The notes under the pieces were generated by a model. It ran no database searches, was not told the origin of the DNA, and worked only from the letters and a program-made list of their open reading frames with translations. From an uncultured Clostridia bacterium (GTDB taxonomy: Bacteria > Bacillota_I > Bacilli_A > RF39 > UBA660), in contig CAMBUO010000002.1 of NCBI GenBank assembly GCA_945871105.1, positions 19,662 through 83,661 of the forward strand: a stretch of 64,000 bases of DNA, given 5' to 3'. Shown here piece after piece: positions 58,399 to 64,000 of the stretch (positions are counted from its first letter, which is position 1; the number at the start of each line of letters is the position of its first letter). The position numbers and the translations under genes were made by a program.

Positions 58399-59835
58399 TT
58401 ATTCCAGTTCGGTTGGACTTGTAAATTTGTGGTATGGGTTATTAGGATCTGGATCAGTTGGATCCCAACCGCGAAAACTACTATTACCATCAATTTTTAT
58501 AGCTGTAGGTTTTGAAACACCTGTTGGTAGTTCACCATCATATATTTTTACTTTCATACCACTTGGACAATTATCAAATATCCATTTAGCATCAGCAACA
58601 GAAAGTCTTACACAACCAGCACTGGCTTCACTTCCAAGTTTATTATATTCTTCCCACTCCAAATTATCTTTTGACTTTGTATAATATGGAACTGAATGAA
58701 ATAATATATTACCTGTAATAACGGTATAATATTGTCCCCATACACCACCTAAAAGTGGTCCCCAAGCCGATCCTTTTCTTGTATAAAATATACCTGTTGG
58801 AGTTTTTCCATTTCTTCCTGTAGAACAAGGAAATACTTTAGCAATTTTAGTATATTCTTTATTTTCATCTAATTCATAGACTATTACAGTATTATAATTT
58901 CTTATTATTTCGGTATAATACTTTAATTTAGCTTTTTCAATAATATTAACATATATTGTTTTTTGGCTGGTAATACCTGATTTATCAGTAGCCGAAATTT
59001 TAATAGGATAAGAACCAATTTTATTTTTATCAAATGAACCTTCTATAACACAGGGAACATTTCCATCAATTTCATCAACACAAGTAATTTTACTATTTAA
59101 ATTAACACCAATACCTTCATATAATGTTATATTAGAAGCATTAATATAAGGTCCATCATTATCAGATGTTAAAATATAATTAAAAATATTTAAAGACATC
59201 ATATCCATTTGATTAATTATTTTACTTAGTTCTTCATAACTATTTCTTTTAAAAAAAACCATATTATTATCTTCTATTTTATAGTCTTGATTATTTTTTA
59301 AAAACTCAAGTATTTTTTCCAAATTATCAATTAATTGTAAATTCATTGTTATTTTCTTTTTATAATTTTCTATATTAATACTTTCAATTAATTGCTTATA
59401 AAACTTATTAGAATTATTATTTTTACTATCTTCAACATCTTGTATTTCTTCACTTGATTTATTTAATTTAGATTTTGTTAATTCTAAGTAATCAGAAATT
59501 GTTGATAATTCATTACTTTTTATAGTATTAATACTAAGTGCATTATTAAGGTTATCATGTTTATTAATATTATCAATATATGTAGCTATAGTTATAATTT
59601 TTTTTAAATTTGTTTCTAACTCTATTTCTAATTTTTTATTAGATACAGTAATATTTTCATCTAAAGATTTAATATTTATTTTACCAATACTTTCTCTTTT
59701 AAGAAAATCATTAATATACATAACTTCTTTTTTCAATTTTCCGATTTCTATAACTCTAACAATATCGAAAGTAACACCTAATACCACAAGAATAACTCCA
59801 ATCGAAAATAAACAAATTGTTAATATTCTTTTCAT
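58399..59835 (-). CDS. Membrane-anchored L,D-transpeptidase (YkuD domain) with coiled-coil and Ig-like regions
   Basis: N-terminal TM helix. C-terminal HSVPY...GSEASAGCVRLSVADAKWIFDN carries the YkuD catalytic His/Cys motif. Confidence 0.8.
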   Translation of the reverse strand: MKRILTICLFSIGVILVVLGVTFDIVRVIEIGKLKKEVMYINDFLKRESIGKINIKSLDENITVSNKKLEIELETNLKKIITIATYIDNINKHDNLNNALSINTIKSNELSTISDYLELTKSKLNKSSEEIQDVEDSKNNNSNKFYKQLIESINIENYKKKITMNLQLIDNLEKILEFLKNNQDYKIEDNNMVFFKRNSYEELSKIINQMDMMSLNIFNYILTSDNDGPYINASNITLYEGIGVNLNSKITCVDEIDGNVPCVIEGSFDKNKIGSYPIKISATDKSGITSQKTIYVNIIEKAKLKYYTEIIRNYNTVIVYELDENKEYTKIAKVFPCSTGRNGKTPTGIFYTRKGSAWGPLLGGVWGQYYTVITGNILFHSVPYYTKSKDNLEWEEYNKLGSEASAGCVRLSVADAKWIFDNCPSGMKVKIYDGELPTGVSKPTAIKIDGNSSFRGWDPTDPDPNNPYHKFTSPTELE

Positions 59836-59910
59836 TTCATATTACCACTTTCTTAAATATTTTTTTATAATTTTTGCTATATCTCCTTTATTCTATTTTT
59901 AAAGAACCAT

Positions 59911-60615
59911 TTATCCAAAATAATTAAGGATAACTGGTCCAAGAATTAATAATAACAAAAGAGGTAAAAAGAAGACAACCGAAATAATACTAATTTTTAA
60001 AGGTAATTTAGCAATTCTAGCTCTATTTTCTAATAAAATTCTTTCTCTTATATAATCTATTTGATAATATAAAGTATCAATGATATTATTACCAAATAAA
60101 TTAGATTCTTTAATATTTAAAATAACATTATTAATACTATCACTTGGTATACGTTCTTTCATATCAGTTAAAGCTTCATCTAAATTTTTACCCATTTTTA
60201 CTTCTTTGATTGTTTCTCTAAATTCTAAAGCTAACTCTGTATTAATACTATTACTAGTTACTTCTAAAGCATTGATTAAGTTATTACCAGATTCAATTGA
60301 TAAAGCTAATATTTCAAAAAAATACATAGCATCATAATCTAACTGACGACTTCTTTTTCTAATCATTGGATTAAAATAAAGATCAGGTAATAAATAATAA
60401 TAAACAAAAGTAATAATAGGAGATAAAATATAACCAAAGTTATTAACATTTAAAATAACAATAAACAATATAACACTAGTTAGAATTCTAAAACTCATAA
60501 ATCGATAAGCATTATATTTACTATTAGTTCCTAATAATTTAATCTTTTTATTTAAACCTTTAATCGTTTTATCACGATAAATTAAACTTAAAACCGAATT
60601 ATTCACTATAATCAC
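59911..60615 (-). CDS. tadC: Tad/Flp pilus inner-membrane platform protein TadC-like (T2SSF family)
   Basis: TM helix, cytoplasmic helical domain, two TM helices. Directly follows tadB and tadA homologues. Confidence 0.65.
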   Translation of the reverse strand: MIIVNNSVLSLIYRDKTIKGLNKKIKLLGTNSKYNAYRFMSFRILTSVILFIVILNVNNFGYILSPIITFVYYYLLPDLYFNPMIRKRSRQLDYDAMYFFEILALSIESGNNLINALEVTSNSINTELALEFRETIKEVKMGKNLDEALTDMKERIPSDSINNVILNIKESNLFGNNIIDTLYYQIDYIRERILLENRARIAKLPLKISIISVVFFLPLLLLLILGPVILNYFG

Positions 60616-61612
60616 CTAATTTCATTACTTTTTTAACTACAATAATATAAGTTATATATAAAACTAAACAAGTAATCATAATTAAAATACCTAGAGTAGA
60701 TTCAAATAAAGGATTAAAATAAGTATTATCTAAAATATAAATTAAAATAATAAAAATAATAGGAATAAACAATAAAACATAATATAAAAATTTACTAGAA
60801 GCTGTTAAATTATTTAATTCATCACTTAATTTCTTATTATTAAAGAAAGTTTTTTCAACACTTTCAAATACTTTAACGATATTACCACCTGTATTATTTA
60901 AAATAGTTAAAGAAGTTGTTATATACTTAACATCATTTAATTTAACTCTATCCTCAAATCTTTGAAAAACAACATCTAAACTAAGTCCATAAGTTAAATC
61001 AACATACATTTTTTTAAATTCTAAACCAAGAGGAGAATCAAGTTCTTTGGAAACTAATTCAATTGATTGCATAATACTTCTTCCACTTTTAAAAGAGTTA
61101 TTCATAATAGTAATAGCTTTTAATAAATCATTTTCTCGTTCTCGTTTCAATAATTTATTTTTAGAAATTAAAAAGATATCAACCGTATAAAAACCTATTA
61201 AAAAAGACATAATCATTTGTAAATAAGATACATTTTGATTTTTAATAATTTCAAAGACAAATATTATTAATAAAAAGATAATACTAATAATTAATTTTAA
61301 ACTTACATAATCCATTTTATCAATATAATCTTTATTTTCTTTATTAATATATTTTTGATATTTTAAAGAATATTTAGTTAAAAATTTACTTTTATATAAC
61401 AATTTAGATATTTTTTGAATAAATTTAGTAATTAATGAACCAATATTATCAAATAATTTAGGACTATTATCTTCATGATAAATACTATATTTTAATAATC
61501 TTTTATTAATTGATATTTTTCTTCTTAATAGTAAATAGTAATAGAACATTAAAGCTAACATAAATAGTAATATTAATATTAATACATAATAACCTATTAA
61601 ACGAATATTCAT
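60599..61612 (-). CDS. tadB: Tad/Flp pilus platform protein TadB-like (T2SSF family)
   Basis: Same T2SSF topology. Overlaps tadC by 17 nt. Confidence 0.65.
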   Translation of the reverse strand: MNIRLIGYYVLILILLFMLALMFYYYLLLRRKISINKRLLKYSIYHEDNSPKLFDNIGSLITKFIQKISKLLYKSKFLTKYSLKYQKYINKENKDYIDKMDYVSLKLIISIIFLLIIFVFEIIKNQNVSYLQMIMSFLIGFYTVDIFLISKNKLLKRERENDLLKAITIMNNSFKSGRSIMQSIELVSKELDSPLGLEFKKMYVDLTYGLSLDVVFQRFEDRVKLNDVKYITTSLTILNNTGGNIVKVFESVEKTFFNNKKLSDELNNLTASSKFLYYVLLFIPIIFIILIYILDNTYFNPLFESTLGILIMITCLVLYITYIIVVKKVMKLGDYSE

Positions 61613-61627
61613 ACTACTACCTCCTTT

Positions 61628-62953
61628 TTATTTTAATATTTTATCAAGTGTTTTTATACCTTTGTTTTTAATTCTTTTTAAGCATTTTATATCTTTCGTT
61701 ACTAGTTTAAATTCTCCATCTACTTCTAGATTATCCGTTAAACCAGTTTGTTCAAATTTAAATATCGGATTAATAGTTATTTCTCCATCTTTAATACCGG
61801 TTATTTCAGCAATTTCAGTGATTTTTCTTCGACCATCACTTAATCTTGCAATATTAACAATAATATTAATAGCATCTTGAATATAATCACGAATAGCTTT
61901 AACAGGTATTTCAATTCCATTCATTAAAACCATTGTTTCTAAACGATTCAAGGCATCTAAACAACCATTAGCATGAAGAGTGGTTAAACTTCCTTCATGA
62001 CCAGTATTCATAGCTTGTAACATATCAAAAGCTTCAGCTCCACGAACTTCGCCAACAATTATTCGATCAGGACGCATGCGTAAAGAATTACGAACTAAAT
62101 CTCTAATCGTAACTTCACTTTTACTATCATAATTATCAACTCTTGTTTCAAGAGAAATAACATGAGATTGTTTTAAACGAAGTTCAGCTGCATCTTCAAT
62201 TGTAATAATTCTTTCATCATTAGAAATAAAACTAGATAAAATATTTAAAATAGTTGTTTTACCTGAACCTGTTCCCCCACATACTAAAATATTTAATTTA
62301 GATTCAACACAAGCTTCCAAAAACAAAGCCATATCATTAGTCATGGTTCCATTTCTTAGTAAATCTTCAATACTATTTAAATCTTCCTTAAACTTACGAA
62401 TGGTTAAAACCGGTCCTTTTAAAGATAAAGGAGGAATAATAGCATTAATACGGGATCCATCTTTAAGTCTCGCATCAACCATAGGACTTGAAGAATCAAT
62501 CGTTCTTCCAAGTGGACCAACAATCTTTTGAATTGTTCTTAGAATATGATCAGAATTAATAAAAGAAATACTCTCATCACGAACAATTTTACCATCAATT
62601 TCTACATATATTTCATCAGGAGCATTAACCATAATCTCGGTTACATTTTTATCCTTTAATAACTCATTAATAGGTCCAAAACCATTTATTTCATTATCAA
62701 TTAAGTTAAAAACATAACTTCTTTTAAGATTAGAAATATCACTTCCTAAATATCTATCTATTTCATAATTAATATATTCATTTAAGTTATATCCCTTAGG
62801 AATATTATTATCAATAATATTTTGAATAATAATACTTCTAATTTCATCTAACTTATCTTTGTTTTCAAAGATTTCATAATCAGTTTTAATATCAGGAGAA
62901 GATGATTTTACATCAACAAAAAACTCACTAGAAAAACTTTTATTTTTTTTCAT
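61628..62953 (-). CDS. tadA: CpaF/TadA secretion ATPase
   Basis: Walker [10 protein letters not shown], Asp box ITIEDAAEL, Walker [10 protein letters not shown], His box [12 protein letters not shown]. Confidence 0.88.
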   Translation of the reverse strand: MKKNKSFSSEFFVDVKSSSPDIKTDYEIFENKDKLDEIRSIIIQNIIDNNIPKGYNLNEYINYEIDRYLGSDISNLKRSYVFNLIDNEINGFGPINELLKDKNVTEIMVNAPDEIYVEIDGKIVRDESISFINSDHILRTIQKIVGPLGRTIDSSSPMVDARLKDGSRINAIIPPLSLKGPVLTIRKFKEDLNSIEDLLRNGTMTNDMALFLEACVESKLNILVCGGTGSGKTTILNILSSFISNDERIITIEDAAELRLKQSHVISLETRVDNYDSKSEVTIRDLVRNSLRMRPDRIIVGEVRGAEAFDMLQAMNTGHEGSLTTLHANGCLDALNRLETMVLMNGIEIPVKAIRDYIQDAINIIVNIARLSDGRRKITEIAEITGIKDGEITINPIFKFEQTGLTDNLEVDGEFKLVTKDIKCLKRIKNKGIKTLDKILK

Positions 62954-63704
62954 AACTTCCTCTTTCCTTTAATAAATCAAGAGCAATTTTTTCTAAAGTA
63001 CTATACTCTTTATCTTGATATACTTTAACTAAAGTTAAGATTTTACCAGCCAAAACATATTTATCAATAGTTTTAACAAAGTAACTTTCATTTAAACGAT
63101 AAGAAATATTATAGTCTAAAAAAGAACGTATATCATATAAAGAAAAATATTTTTCTTCTAAATTAACTCCTTCGTTTAAAAGAATTCTTAAATCTTTAAA
63201 ATTAACATCTTTACAAATATTAATAAACGATTTCGTATTAATTAAATCAATTGGATCATTTGAAGTAATATTTAAAATAGTATCTGAATAATCATAAATA
63301 ATAATATTTAAATCCATTAAAACATGAGAAGTATCAATTAAAACAACATCAAAATTATATTTCGCATAATTAATTATTTGTTCAATATATTTTAAATTAA
63401 TTAAACTTGCTTGTCTTGGATCTTTTGGACTGGCTAGAACTGAAATATTATCATTATAAGTAGTTGTATAATTAGTAAACTCTTTAAAACGATTATTACT
63501 AATATCATCAACTAAATTAAAAATATTTTTTTGGGGTTCTAAGTTTAAACTAGCCGAAATACTATTAGTATATAAATCAAAGTCTAAAATAATTACTTTT
63601 TTATCTAAATTACTATAACAACCAGCAAGATTTAAAAGCGTTGTTGTTTTTCCTACTCCACCTTTTCTTGACGTTATAGTTATTACTTTTCCAACACTAG
63701 TCAT
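62940..63704 (-). CDS. TadZ/CpaE-like ParA/MinD-family ATPase
   Basis: Start refined to MTSVGKV. Deviant Walker A SRKGGVGKTT. Confidence 0.75.
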   Translation of the reverse strand: MTSVGKVITITSRKGGVGKTTTLLNLAGCYSNLDKKVIILDFDLYTNSISASLNLEPQKNIFNLVDDISNNRFKEFTNYTTTYNDNISVLASPKDPRQASLINLKYIEQIINYAKYNFDVVLIDTSHVLMDLNIIIYDYSDTILNITSNDPIDLINTKSFINICKDVNFKDLRILLNEGVNLEEKYFSLYDIRSFLDYNISYRLNESYFVKTIDKYVLAGKILTLVKVYQDKEYSTLEKIALDLLKERGSYEKK

Positions 63705-63711
63705 ATTTACC

Positions 63712-64000
63712 TCAACAATCAATGATATCAAAACGAGTTCGATAATCACTTAAAACTTTTTTGGTTTCTTTATCTAAAATAATATAATCTTTATATTTAT
63801 TTTCACCTTCAACCATAATAACGATTACTTCGGTACCTTTTTTAACTTTAGTATTAATAGGATAGCGATAATCAATAAATACATCTTCACGATTATTTAT
63901 TTCACATACATAATAATATAAATAATGTTCTTTAACAGAAACAACTACACTATCATAACATTTTATATTAGGATCTAAATAATTATTTTTTTCAAATTTA
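63712..64000 (-). CDS. C-terminal part of an upstream Tad-operon gene (possibly CpaB/RcpC-like); 5' end outside window
   Basis: Own translation, open to the window edge: ...NIKCYDSVVVSVKEHYLYYYVCEINNREDVFIDYRYPINTKVKKGTEVIVIMVEGENKYKDYIILDKETKKVLSDYRTRFDIIDC, with the TGA stop at 63712-63714. The function is guessed from gene order only. Confidence 0.35.
   Translation of the reverse strand, partial: KFEKNNYLDPNIKCYDSVVVSVKEHYLYYYVCEINNREDVFIDYRYPINTKVKKGTEVIVIMVEGENKYKDYIILDKETKKVLSDYRTRFDIIDC

Overview
Very AT-rich window (about three-quarters A+T by eye) using the standard genetic code: TGG encodes Trp, and TGA and TAA act as stops. It comes from an endospore-forming low-GC Firmicute, shown by spoIVB, spoIIGA-sigE, spoVID/cotS-like genes and a Spo0A box. 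About 95% of genes are on the minus strand. Housekeeping genes (tkt, recD2, mutM, htpG-hsp20 behind a CIRCE operator, comEB, mtaB, rsmE, purA, ppiase, nadD, rpmF, queH, yebC, one tRNA-Thr) flank three accessory surface-structure regions. (1) At 7.7-30.3 kb there is a ~22.5-kb supercluster of two tandem paralogous modules. Together they hold two SipW-type (ER/archaeal-type) signal peptidases, two catalytically degenerate SipW paralogues, about 10 secreted TasA/camelysin-like or novel proteins with SipW-type signal peptides, and one ~2,667-aa beta-helix-repeat giant protein. In the second module a four-gene cassette sits between the fibre genes and sipW. The cassette includes a membrane-anchored McrB-family AAA+ protein and a nuclease-less McrC/DUF2357-like partner. 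This is my best candidate for an undescribed system. (2) At 49.4-53.1 kb a type IV pilin gene is followed by a 1,138-aa modular pilin with near-identical internal repeats and a Cys-rich tail, downstream of a degenerate hybrid histidine kinase. (3) At 59.9-64.0 kb lies the 3' part of a Tad/Flp-type pilus operon (tadZ-tadA-tadB-tadC) followed by an L,D-transpeptidase. I saw no CRISPR array, transposase, integrase or rRNA. All calls rest on reading the translations and DNA by eye; no database search was possible.
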